A stretch of 64,000 nucleotides of DNA, taken from NCBI GenBank assembly GCA_002189035.1, contig NEEC01000007.1, positions 124,001-188,000 of the forward strand, read 5' to 3'. A model generated the notes under the pieces. It worked only from the letters and a program-made list of their open reading frames with translations. It did not search any database and had not been told where the DNA came from. Shown here piece after piece: positions 23,406 through 35,314 of this stretch (within the stretch, counting starts at the first letter, position 1; each line of letters opens with the position of its first letter). The translations under genes were made by a program, and so were the position numbers. The stretch comes from Utricularia gibba. Taxonomy: Eukaryota > Plantae > Magnoliophyta.

Positions 23406-24266
23406 TTTTCCAGATTTTCTCGCTCGAATTACTGTCACAAAGGTGAGCAAGAATTGTTGATCTTTCATAAAAACCAAAAGAAAAAAAGAACCAAAGAAAA
23501 AGACACATCTTTCGATTCCACAGATCCTCTGAAACAAAACGAAATAGATAGCAAAATGGTATCACAGATCACACGGTCGGAGATTCAAAAGATGAGCTAT
23601 ATTAATACAATCAATGCAACAGAACAAACATAATCTCAGACTTCCAGTTTCCGTACTCAGAGTTCATACAAGGTATCGATTTTCAATATAATCAGCATCC
23701 AATTCCTAAAGATCCACTCCAAGAGTCACAAATTTCGATCGACAGAAGAAGCATACAACCGTCGGCAGTTACAAACACAGTAATCGAAGCAAAACCTACC
23801 ACAGCTGAAGGCAACGAAGCCAGCCTCCTCGAAATCGAAAAATCACAAGATAATGAAACAGAAAGCGAATCGGCGAATCGGGATCTGCAGTCAGCGGATG
23901 CTGTGCGTGAGAGATGAGGAAACCAAAAATGGCGGGGACCACCACCGGTCGTTAAGACTTCAAGAAACGGAGCAGATGAATCAAGGGTAGGCTTGGAAAT
24001 TCGCATTCTCAATTGCGTGGTTTTCAATGAAACGTCTCTCTAGAGGACTTTTATAGTTAGGCCCTAGAAAGAATAATAAGAAAAAGAGGGGGTGGCTAAA
24101 GAGTATTTATAAATCCGAGGGTCGAAGTGAAATATATGGAAACTTTAGGATATCGTCTGTGTACAGTTCATACTGCCGATTGATTATCTTCGAATCACGA
24201 CGGGAAAAAAAAAGCGCATTGCGGCGGGGAGGTGGCTGATTCGCCGGCCCAGGCGTACGGGAAGCG

Positions 24267-25217
24267 ATGATTTCTTTTCACTGCATTTCGAAACCCTCGC
24301 CATTAGACTGGTTTCCGAGAAAATCTCTCGGAAAGCGTACGAAAGCTCCGTCTCCTATCCACTCTCTTCTCCAGTACAGCCGGAAGCCACAGCTGGCCGG
24401 AGAAACACCTCGAGTGGTAGTTATAACCTCTGGGAAGGGAGGCGTTGGGAAAACCACCACAACCGCGAACATTGGGCTCTCCATTGCCAGGTTAGGCTTC
24501 TCTGCAGTAGCCATTGACGCCGACGTAGGACTCCGCAACCTGGATCTTCTCCTAGGTCTTGAGAATCGCGTCAATTACACGGTTGTGGAAGTGTTGAATG
24601 GCGATTGCCGCCTCGACCAAGCCCTAGTTCGCGACAAACGCTGGTCGAACTTTGAGCTTCTCTGCATTTCCAAACCTCGATCAAAGCTCCCACTAGGGTT
24701 CGGTGGGAAAGCCCTAATTTGGTTGGTTGAAGCACTCAAGAACAGGGAAGAAGGCGCTCCTGACTTCATCCTCATTGACTGCCCCGCCGGAATCGACGCC
24801 GGCTTTATCACCGCCATTACCCCTGCGAATGAGGCCGTTCTCGTCACAACACCGGACATCACTAGCCTCCGCGACGCCGACAGAGTGACGGGGCTGCTGG
24901 AGTGTGATGGGATTAGGGATATAAAGATGATTGTGAATAGAGTTAGGACCGATATGATCAAAGGGGAAGATATGATGTCAGTTCTGGACGTGCAAGAGAT
25001 GCTTGGGCTGCCATTGTTGGGTATGATCCCTGAGGATTCAGAGGTTATCCGAAGCACGAATCGAGGACATCCGTTGGTTCTGAATAAGCCACCAGCTTTG
25101 GCCGGATTGGCATTCGAACAGGCCGCTTGGAGGTTGGTGGAACAGGACACTATGAAGGCGGTGATGGTGGAGGAAGAGCCAAAGAAAAGGGGCTTCTTTT
25201 CCTTCTTTGGTGGCTAG
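24267..25217 (+). CDS. MIND1: Plastid division ATPase MinD (ARC11 orthologue), intronless
   Basis: Transit-peptide-like N-terminus, deviant Walker A SGKGGVGKTTTTAN, DADVGLRNLDLLLGLENR, IDCPAGID, C-terminal KKRGFFSFFGG amphipathic helix. Confidence 0.97.
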   Translation: MISFHCISKPSPLDWFPRKSLGKRTKAPSPIHSLLQYSRKPQLAGETPRVVVITSGKGGVGKTTTTANIGLSIARLGFSAVAIDADVGLRNLDLLLGLENRVNYTVVEVLNGDCRLDQALVRDKRWSNFELLCISKPRSKLPLGFGGKALIWLVEALKNREEGAPDFILIDCPAGIDAGFITAITPANEAVLVTTPDITSLRDADRVTGLLECDGIRDIKMIVNRVRTDMIKGEDMMSVLDVQEMLGLPLLGMIPEDSEVIRSTNRGHPLVLNKPPALAGLAFEQAAWRLVEQDTMKAVMVEEEPKKRGFFSFFGG

Positions 25218-25545
25218 ATTACATGCCCCAATTTGTTGAAATAACCTGTATAGAGGAGAACTGCAGTTTCTTCATTGTCTTGATTGTCCTTTGAAAACTC
25301 ACTGAGCTTTTTGTCTTCACTTGCTGCAATTTACTGCTAGCTCGCAGCATTTCTGAGTTTTTGTACTTCTGCAGTTTTTTCTAACTTAATTGTTGATGGT
25401 GCATTGAAAGAAAAACCTTCACCCGCGTGTCCTCAACTTCCATTAACTGATTTGCTCTTCACGGGTTTCGTTCTTCTCTTATAAATGCTTGACATTCTCT
25501 TTTTATTCCTAATGCATCCAGCGCAACACATGATTACCAGAAGCA

Positions 25546-27248
25546 ATGGGGAGGCTGCAGCTGTTGGTTCTGGTGGTGGCGATTCTGTGTTGCCTGAACT
25601 TAGCAGCAGGATGCGGAGAGCCCACCCCCACTGAAGGCCAGCATTATTGGGCAATAAGTTGCCGTAAACATACTGCGTTCTTGCCAGATTTCGGAGGGAA
25701 GGGCGATGGTAAGACCTCAAACACGAATGCCTTCAAGGCGGCAATAGCTTATATTAGCAAGCTGGCCTCCGATGGTGGCGGTCAGCTCATCGTGCCCCCT
25801 GGAAAATGGGCTGACGGGGTCATTTCACTTGACGTCGCATTTCACACTTTTCTTACATCAGGGTGCTACTCTTCTTGCATCTCAGGTATAATAAATACAT
25901 AGAGTCCTGGCATGAAGCATTTGAACAAACCATTGACAGAGTTCTCCTGTAAATTTTTTAGGAAGAATCTGATTATCCTGTGGTGGATCCTCTACCGTCG
26001 TACGGAAGAGGAATCGATGTTCCTGGAAAACGATATGCTGCTCTCATCACCGGAACAAACCTCACAGACACTGTTGTAACAGGTGCAGAGCATTTCAAGC
26101 ATCCTTATCTTGTGTCTCAGTCGACTTTGTGGCCACTCATGTTATCTTACAATTCAAGGAAAAAATGGGACCATAGACGGGCAGGGGAAAATATGGTGGG
26201 ATAAGCTCAATGCTCGTAAGCTCAAATACAGTAGGCCAATGCTGATAGAGATCACGCATTCCAACATGATCCAAGTTTCTGACCTTACTCTGATCAACTC
26301 ACCGTCATGGAATGTGCATCCAGTTTACTGCAGGTAGGATCTATAGCCTCAGAAACTTGATCTCCACGAGTGTATAAATTCTTTTCTCACTCTAAAAGGG
26401 ACGTTATCGTCGAAAATCTGACGATTTTGGCTCCCACTCAAGCTCCGAACACAGATGGGATCAATCCAGGTTCACGTTAATTTGCCATTCATTGCATGCC
26501 AAGAAATGTTGGATTGTGATTTCTTGTTGTGCCGATAGATTCCTGCGAAAATGTGCGTATAAGGGGCTGCTACATAGAGTCCAGCGATGATTGCATTGCC
26601 ATAAAGAGCGGACGGGATCAAGTCGGGGTTAAAGCAGGGAGACCCTCTCAGCACATAAGTATCAGTAGAGTCCTCTGCCTTTCTCCTAGAGGTGCTGCCA
26701 TAGCTTTGGGAAGTGAGATGTCCGGAGGGATTGAAGATGTCCGAGCTGACGAGATCAAGGTCATCAACGCCGAATCCGGTGTCAGGTTGAAAACAGGGAA
26801 TTTGGGAGGAGGATGCACTAAAGACATCTATGTGAAGAACATGTTCCTGAGTAACTTGAAGTATGTCTTCTGGCTCACAGGAAACTACAGTTCCCATCCA
26901 AATGGCAGATATGGTCATCGCCCAGTCCCACGAGTTCAAAACATAAACTTCCTGGACTTCCTCGCTGAGAATGTGACGCTTGCTGGGAAGCTACAGGGAA
27001 TCCATGGTGATCCCTTTACGGGGATTTGTATTTCTGATACTTCTATTAGGATGGGCTTGGATTCCTCAGGGAAGAGGATGAAAATTCCATGGAAATGCAC
27101 GGATATTTCGGGGACCAGTAGCCGTGTGTTCCCCAAAGCTTGCCATCTCCTGGTGGAAAAGACGGCCCAGTGCAATTTCCCTCGAGATGTGTTATCTATT
27201 GACAGAGTTGAGCTGAAGAGCTGTTCTGCTGCATTGAAGCCCTGGTAG
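25546..27248 (+). CDS. GH28 polygalacturonase-like protein, 5 exons; 1-nt insertion at 25808-25810
   Basis: Signal peptide; DFGGKGDGKTSNTNAF; removing one G restores VPPGKWLTGSFHLTSHFTLFLHQGATLLASQ; NTDG, SDDCIAIKSG, IALGSEMSGG and RLKT motifs. Confidence 0.9.
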
Positions 27249-27377
27249 AGGTTAAATTTTCTCTTCTCATCAGTCGAACTGTCTTTTGTTTCAACGGCTC
27301 CATCGTTTCCATAATATCAAAATTGAAAATACGCAAACAAATAGAAACTGAAACTTGTAGAAGCTTAGATTTCAACT

Positions 27378-30263
27378 TCACTCATCAGAATCTGAACCTG
27401 AACCTGAAGACTCGGACTTGCTCCCTTTCTTAACTTTCTTCACATTTGACGTTTCACCATCTGCCTCATCTTCACTATATTCGCTTTCAATTTCCTCTTC
27501 CTCCTCCTCTTCCTCCGCCTCCTCATCAGCGGCATCATCCCCATCCCCGCCCCCTTCACCCTGAGCAGCAGCCGCACCTCTTGTGCCGGCCCGTGTTCGT
27601 TTCCCGACTTTAAGCTTAATGCTTACTTTCTCATCGCACCCAATCCAAGAGTCACACATCACGTAGCAAGTTAGGTTGTAGTTACCTTCAGCCGAAGCCA
27701 AGAACTTCCCCAACACGAGGCGAGCCCCACTCTTAACTCTCTCAACTGCATTCTTGACAGCTGAGCTTTTTTCCTTTGGACTCGAACCTATAACTTCCAT
27801 TCTTTCCTCAACTGCAATCGAAGCTGCGGTCACTGCTGCTGCTTCGTCCATAAAAGAAACCATCTGGGAGAACCACACGGCATTCGATGACTGGTCAGCA
27901 AGTAGGAGCCAGAATGTTTCTTCCTTGTGATAAGGGTAATGCGGGGCATGGGGCAAAGCACCAATCAAGCCATTTGGACGCTTCAAAGTGATCCATGCTT
28001 CAATTGTCACAAGGTCACCCTCCTGTATGCCTTCTTCGCCTTCTGTCCCACAGGTAACTTCAATTGATAATGAAGGGATCATTTCAATTGCCTTCTCCAC
28101 ATCCGCCATCTCAAGGGGGGTTAAATCCGCAGCTTCTGAGAGTAACTGGGAGCGTTCTTCGATCGGCATTTCCTTGACCTCCTGAAAACTACGTACCTTC
28201 TGCAATGAGGAAATCAGACCTAAGAGGTGCTAACAATAATCCTCCCATTGTTCACCGCGATACTTTTATGGAGTCCATAAGAAGAGGTATTGATACCTTT
28301 CGGGTTATTTTCTTGATTGTTTGATCACTAAAGTGAGGAAGCTGCAAAAAAGGAGCAGTCCCTCTGTTTTCCTAGCACTCAGAGGGATAGCCTGGAAATT
28401 CATAGAAAAAGATATGTGCTTTCAGCAAAGCCTGAGAGGCCGGAATCCATGTTTCAAGAGTAAATCTTTATGTCGCTTATCTTCAAACCAATACCTGAAC
28501 AATGCACTGCGAAAGTTCAATGACTCCAATTGCAGGCCTAAGCCAGCCATGCCCCTTTGAACTACGAGGAACTATTGCCATCTGCAGATACATATAAATT
28601 TACTCAAGAAAGCTAGAAGCGTCAATCACACCCAAAATTAAAAAAAAAAACAATAAAAACGGAAACCTTCAAAAGCTCTTCAAGAAGACGAGGTACAAGT
28701 TCTAGCACACGTTTACAGTCACGTTCCAAGTCCGCAGTTAAAGAGGCAGTTTCACGGATCAAGTGAGCTTGAATCAGAAGTTCTGTCTATGTAATCAAAG
28801 TATAAAACAAGGACACAAATAAAAACCATGTTGGATGGTACGAAAACCTAATCTAAAGCAATTTACCTTAACAAGGGCCGGATGCTGCTTCCAAAACTTT
28901 GCCTGTTCCTTTTTTATATTTTTCAGGTCTAGGTTTAACTCACTTCGCACGGTCATGAACAGTTTCTGAAGGGGTTCATCATCAGATCTCCTAACCGGAA
29001 TCTCCATGAATTCAGCTGCTCTTACCAAGACTTCTATAACTTTACTGCATAGCATAACAGGACGGTTCCAAATTTTAACTACATTTTTCTAAATTTACAA
29101 CGCAAGTCAAAAAATAAAAACTCAAATAGAAGAAATACCTGGGTGCCAAGGAAGGTTTCATGGAGTGAAAATAAGCACCGAGTGTATCATTCTTGACGAA
29201 ATTCCCACTATACTTCGAAGATCTTGCCAGGTATACAACAGCAGCCAACAAGGGTAACAATATGAACACACCAACGATGCACATTAACAGTATTCCGCTT
29301 GAGGAACCATCGATATCCAGAAGAAACTGTGGAAGTGCGATTCCCATTTGAAAACCCTGACAACATGAAGGTCACAACGTAAGACACGCTCCTCTAGCTA
29401 AACACTACAACTCCTAGGTTTGCACACCCAAACATAAGCTTGCATTCTAAATCTTACCTGTCTACCATCTGGATGACCGTACTTCTCATAATTTTCACGA
29501 GAAACTGGATCAGTCAGCGCTTGGTACGCCTTGGATATATATTCCACAAAATACTTATGAGCAGCTGTACAAAGTGAAAAAATAAGGGAAAAAGTCTAAT
29601 GAACGAAAAGGGAGAGAGCATGTCGACTTCCCAATTCAAATCAGATGACAATAATGGAAAATAGCAGTAAGCTAAAAGTAACCTGGATCAGGATTTTTAT
29701 CAGGATGATACTGTACAGAGAGTCTGCGATATGCCTTCTTAACATCTGAGTCTGATGCCCCGGCATCCAATCCAAGGATACTGAATGGCTCGAAGACTTG
29801 ATTCTGAGTAGGCAGAGAAGCTTTAGAAGTAATGATAGATGAAGAAAACACATCTTATGAATCTTCCCACATGTCCCTACATCCAAATGATTTAAAATCG
29901 CAGCATACCTCACGACTTATTGTCTTAATGTAGTATACAAGAATTCCCATCAAGACCCATAGAAGCATCAATGTGAAGTTACCCAATGTTGAAACGTTTG
30001 CAATCTGAAAGATTAACAGAAATGATAGTAGAGTTGCATAGCTTCAGTCGATGTAGGTATCTGAAAGATCAACCAACCCCTTTTAATACTGATTTTCCAT
30101 ATTTCCCTGATCTCATACAATGAGCACATTGGCAGTGGATGCTCTTAGTCTTCTTTGAAGCGGCACGGAATAGTTTCAGGATGGTATAGGGAACCAATGG
30201 CAAGGCGATCATCGACAAGATGAAAATCGGAAACAATGCTTTATTTTCTTCTGAATCTGCCAT
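27378..30263 (-). CDS. ERDJ2: ER DnaJ/Sec63-domain protein (about 10 exons); 1-nt deletion at 28360-28362
   Basis: [27 protein letters not shown]; J-domain [19 protein letters not shown]; [11 protein letters not shown]; Sec63/Brl domain; acidic tail. Exon 28297-28391 is 95 nt between phase-0 junctions and one extra G restores [10 protein letters not shown]. Confidence 0.93.
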
Positions 30264-30769
30264 GAGAAATCCCTAGTCCTTAAGTTGCTTAAACCTGGAA
30301 AGCAATTTCATAGTCAACTCAAGAACACCGGACGGAACGATATTCTGCAGATTCTAAAACAAGGCCAAAAAACAGAGCAGCCAGCGCAAAAACAGACCCT
30401 TGTATCCAATCCACTAAATACCCCACCATGCTCAAATTTTGAGAATTCTTAAATCAGAATGCCCGCACGCAGACTTACTTCAAATCTGTCCAAACAAACT
30501 CAAAGACCTGCGCTTCTTCAACGCAAACCGAAATCAGAGACCAGAATTTCTTGTCCCACGGCAGAATCGTTGCGCGAGAACCCTACCTTCTTCACCTTTT
30601 AATTAACGGTATTGGATTTAGTTACTGCTTTAATAATTTCTTAGGCGAGGGATCGGAATTATGACTACATCTTTTTAACATTAAAAAAAAACAGTTGTTA
30701 AAAGTGTTGATTGACCCAACCCAACCCATTCGCTCTCGATAGAACTGATCCTGCTTCCAATCCGCATCA

Positions 30770-31095
30770 ATGGCGCCTGCACTTTTCATTGACAGTCGCT
30801 TTGAACTCGCGGTTGACCTGTACACGGATCTGGTTAGTTGTTCATCTTTTCCTGCTTATGTTACGCTACCCTTGCGTGAATGCAATGCTGCTATCATTCT
30901 CAATAAGAAAAAGCGTAGATTCCCGTTCTAGCTGCGGACGGATGTCGGATCTTAGATTAGAATGTTGAAGAAGTTGTTTGTAGTCAAAAGAAAGCTGTGT
31001 TGCGGGTTGGATGTTGGGTGAGAAGCCATCCATCGCCGGCCAAAAGAGCATTTTGGTGGATCAGGAAAGCATCGAAACCGTACTTGTACGTGCAG
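30770..31095 (+). pseudogene. SGT1: Decayed remnant of an SGT1 co-chaperone gene (TPR start)
   Basis: ATG 30770 then FIDSRFELAVDLYT (30785-30826), matching the SGT1 first helix FIDDHFELAVDLYT at 12/14. A fragment SKPYL near 31072-31086 resembles SKAYL of exon 2. The rest is deleted or unrecognisable. Confidence 0.6.
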
Positions 31096-31959
31096 GTTAG
31101 CTTTCTTTCGAAAACAAGTGTAAAGGAAGATGCGGCCAAGTCCCCGGCGAAGGAGTGACAACCCACATTAAAATTACATACGGAATTAGGGCTCTATAGT
31201 TACCATTTTGCGTTGGCCAAGGCATGTGGCGTATGCCTCCAAACATTTATTTCAGAGAGGAGAGGAGAGGAGAGGAGCCGGAGGAGATGTACGGCGGCCC
31301 AAGATATGGAGATGGGCTAGCCTTTCGCTATCTGCGTGTCCAGGGTCAACAAAGGAACGCCGAGTCAAGGGAGTTTGGAATTGAATGAACCCCTATTTCT
31401 TCAAAAATTTAAAAAAAGGACCATTTGCTATAAATTACACCTTTTACAATAATGATAATGCTATGCATTTTGTTTGTTTACAGCTATGTTATTATACAAT
31501 CTTTTCAAACATTCAAAAAAAGAATCTTCATCTCACCAAAATACGACTAACTGATTCTTGGTGCACGACATGAATTATCATGGGATTTGAATCTAATCTT
31601 TTTGGATCAAGATATTAGGAGTTGTGGAGGGAAGGGTGGGCTGGCCTGGCCAGGATATCAGGGTGTTGCCAAGCGGGTCGAGTCGTTTTCGGTTCCGCAG
31701 AAAAGGCCATTTTCCGGGTCCCCGGTCAGCCGGAGCGGTCCACTTTCTACCCGGATTTTGAAAACCCTCTGGTCCTCCTACTCTACTCTCTGACATCACT
31801 AGTCTATTTTCACCTCTGACCATAAAAACTCTGCATTTGGCATCACTCTCTTTTCCCCCACTACGCCTTCCTGCCTTCAATTCCATTCCATTGCATTTCA
31901 GTCCTTTGTTCGTTTGTATGCCTCCCTCAGGTGCTCACCTTCTCCACGTCTTCTCCTTC

Positions 31960-32787
31960 ATGGATGCTTTGCCGTTTCCCAAGCTCCGTCGCAACCTCTC
32001 CCCCGGAGACGACTATGACGACGAGGAATCGGAGGAGGAGGAGGAGGAGGACAACGACGCCGGTTCCTTCTTTGATCTCGTCTTCGACTCCCCCCTTGTG
32101 GGTGTCAAAGAGGTGCAAATGAAGGACGCCAAATCGAAGCCCTCCTCGCCGGTCACGATTCTTCTCCGATCCCCGACCAAATTCAAGGTGTTCATGCTCG
32201 GATTCAGCCGGAGATCCACCTCCTCCGACGGCGGGGAACCCAAGGCGAGTCCAACCGCCAAGTCATCCAAGCCTCCGAAATGCTGCAGACCGGTTTCCAA
32301 CGGCGATTATTCCGACGTTGTTTCCTCGTCAGGGAAGTCGTTCCCCAAGTACCTGAGTCTGATGAAGAAGCCTTTCCACCACGCCAAGTCGTCCAAGAAG
32401 ACGGAGTCCTTGACGCCTGCAGCAGGTGCGCCAGTCCCTTCCTCCCCGCGGCGATTCTCCGACGGGAGCCGGCGCATCGCGAGTCTCAAGGTGGCGGCCT
32501 GGACGTTGGCCAAAAGCCGCTCCGCGTCGGCGTCGAAAGAGGGTGGCGGAACGCAACCGCAGCTCCGGCGCAGAGACGACTCCCTTCTGGACCACAATGA
32601 GGGAATCCAAGGCGCCATTCTTTACTGCAAAAACTCGTACAACGCTTCTTCCTCCTCCTCCTCCTCCTCCTCCTCCATGGGTAATAATCCATCACACACA
32701 TCAAACCCATTCTCCTCCCCCCGTCACTCTATCACCGTCTCACTCAATCCAATCACCGCAGGGTTGACGAGGGACAAATCCACCTGA
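31960..32787 (+). CDS. Membrane-associated kinase regulator (MAKR2/MAKR5-like)
   Basis: Acidic stretch then GSFFDLVF, ILLRSPTKFKVFMLG, KYLSLMKKP, RRDDSLLDHNEGIQGAILYCKNSY, Ser-rich tail. Confidence 0.8.
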   Translation: MDALPFPKLRRNLSPGDDYDDEESEEEEEEDNDAGSFFDLVFDSPLVGVKEVQMKDAKSKPSSPVTILLRSPTKFKVFMLGFSRRSTSSDGGEPKASPTAKSSKPPKCCRPVSNGDYSDVVSSSGKSFPKYLSLMKKPFHHAKSSKKTESLTPAAGAPVPSSPRRFSDGSRRIASLKVAAWTLAKSRSASASKEGGGTQPQLRRRDDSLLDHNEGIQGAILYCKNSYNASSSSSSSSSSMGNNPSHTSNPFSSPRHSITVSLNPITAGLTRDKST

Positions 32788-33492
32788 TACCCGATTCGAA
32801 ACGGCGTCGTCACAATCCGAATCCCAACCGATCACGGGAGCCATTACATTAAAAAAAAAGAATCAGTAACGGTGGTTGACGCCAGCATCCCGTGTGGTGA
32901 CGTATGAGGAAGGAGGGTAGGGTTTTGGGAGTGGGGTACCGGAAGCAGTGAAAAAAGTAGGTGACGTTTGTATCTTTCTGCCCTCCGCTGTGTAAAAGTG
33001 AGTGATGGGATTCCAAAAAGCGAGCATTGGATTTGGCGTGGCGCAATAATAATAATACCTCCATCCCAACAAAGACACACACCAGTAATTCATTTCATTT
33101 GGAGAGAGACAGAGTCTTGTTAGACGTGGAATCCAAAATTGGAGAAAATCAAGTGTGGAAAAGAAAGATAAGCGGGGGAATATGGAGACATGAGAAGCAA
33201 CTGGGGATGTAGCGTCTTCAGGGGACCAATCTGGTAATTAGACCCCATGATCCTGGACCACATGCCCCCCAGTAATACTTAACGCATCTAAACCAAAAAC
33301 GACGTCACACGCAGATTGTTGTTACCAAATTAATCATGTGATGTGAGCCTGATACGGACCATGGACATGGACATGGACACACACCATCCAATTCATTATC
33401 ATCTCGCCCGGTCTCTGCTGTGGCGATGCCGATTCTGGCATCCGTCCGGTCCAGTATCCATCCAACTGGGCCGAGTCCAGTAGCGCGGGATC

Positions 33493-33524
<32 letters not shown>

Positions 33525-33704
33525 GAAAAATAATATGGTATTGCATTGATTTTACTCTGGCTTTTTTGAAGAAAGTCCACTGCGAGGGGCTTTTTCAGAG
33601 TCCATTTGCAGCACCAGCATTAATTCCTTCACTCTTCTACGCTCGCACCGCGCTTCAACAAGATTCTTGACTTGAGAGACGCCACCAGTTCTTAGTTGCT
33701 TGCT

Positions 33705-34844
33705 ATGGCGGATCAGGAAGCGGACCAGGTGAAGAGCGAATCTGCGCTTGAATCTCTACTCGACAACGTCACGGACAAGTTCCGTGGTCATGATTCCTCC
33801 CCGTCTCTCTCTGTCGATGATCGCGGGTTCAAGGAGTCCGCCAAGTCCAAGATCTACCGCCTTTTCGGTCGGGAAAGGCCCGTGCACAAGGTTTTAGGCG
33901 GGGGAAAGGTAGTTTTTCGGGGGCGATTTTTCGATTTCTTGTTCTGGTGTCAACGTCTTCTTACTGTTTCTATTTCTTTTTTTCCTTTCTGATTCGCTGG
34001 TTGCGTCTTTTCTGTTTAAACTGAGGAGTCTTGTTGTTCCTTTGTTTTTTTTTACAGCTGCGGATATCTTCCTATGGAAGGATAAAAAGGTCACGGCAAG
34101 TGTGTTGGGGTTGGTCACCGCAATTTGGGTTCTCTTCGAAGTTGTTGAATATCACTTGCTTACACTACTGTGCCACATTCTGATTCTCGTTATGTCACTC
34201 CTCTTCTTGTGGTCTAACGCATCCAAAGTCTTCAAGAGGTAAGCGACTTCATGACCTGAAGGCTTCCAATTTTCGGAAATTTTAGACTTATTTTGTCCAT
34301 AATAATTCTCAGGTCCCCGCCTAAGATCCCTGAAATAGTTATTCGTGAAGATATTACTCGGGACGTTGCTTCAGCCATTCGAACAGAACTCAACGCTGCC
34401 TTGGCTGAACTTCGAGCCATAGCATCTGGAAAAGATCTAAAGAAACTCCTTGCAGTATGTCCATTAATTCCCGCATTTCCACGAGTCTCGTATCTTCATC
34501 ACGATGCAGTAATTTCACAAAAACATTTAGGTGTTAGCCGGCCTCTGGGTTCTCTCTGTCGTGGGCGCCTGCCTTAACTTCCTGACACTGTTCTACGTGT
34601 GTAAGTAACCTGTCCTTGCATCCCAAATGCTTTCATCTAGACCCATTCCACTCATTCAGTGAAAACCCCTGCTTGCCATGTTTCTCTAGGCTTTGTGCTT
34701 CTGCACACGGTGCCCGTGGTGTATGACAAGTACGAAGACCAAGTGGACGCGTTCGCTGAGAAGGCTGAAGCTGAACTCAAGAAACAATACGCCAATGTTC
34801 TGAGTAAAATCCCCAAAGGCCCTCTCAAAGATAAGTTTCACTAA
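33705..34844 (+). CDS. Reticulon-like protein (RTNLB1-4 type), 5 exons
   Basis: [20 protein letters not shown]|[10 protein letters not shown], two hydrophobic hairpins, [35 protein letters not shown], ends [12 protein letters not shown]. Confidence 0.93.
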
Positions 34845-35314
34845 AAAGTTCCTAAAGTGGTGCGTCTGATTCTGTTTGTGCTCTGTGGAACCCCTATATA
34901 CCGTCGTCCCAGCCTTTGGTGGAGCGCTTGCTATACAAGATAATTTTGATGCCAACAGTCGTGTTTATCCTTGTCACCATGGATTTAATGCTTGAGGGCA
35001 AGCAACAAACACTTTGATTACCATCCCTGCCTTGTGAATCTCTATCTATACATTGTCGAGCGTGCTTCTGTGAACATTGCAAAACAATCCCAAAGGGTAG
35101 GTCCAAGCGGGTTGCGAACGTACAGCCCGAATATGCGTGCACTTTTATCCATTAAAGGCCCAAATTCGTACAAGCGCTTTCACTTTTCAGCGGTACCTTT
35201 GATACGACGTCGTTACCCGGTCGCCGTTGGAGAAGTGGATCTAAACGTCTGGGTTTTTATACGTTTCTCCGTTATTTCCGGTATTTTATGCGCGCTTGTT
35301 TCTGTTGAGGAAGT

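Noticed and set aside
31380-31580. AT-rich stretch as a possible MITE
   Set aside because: No terminal inverted repeats or target-site duplication visible.
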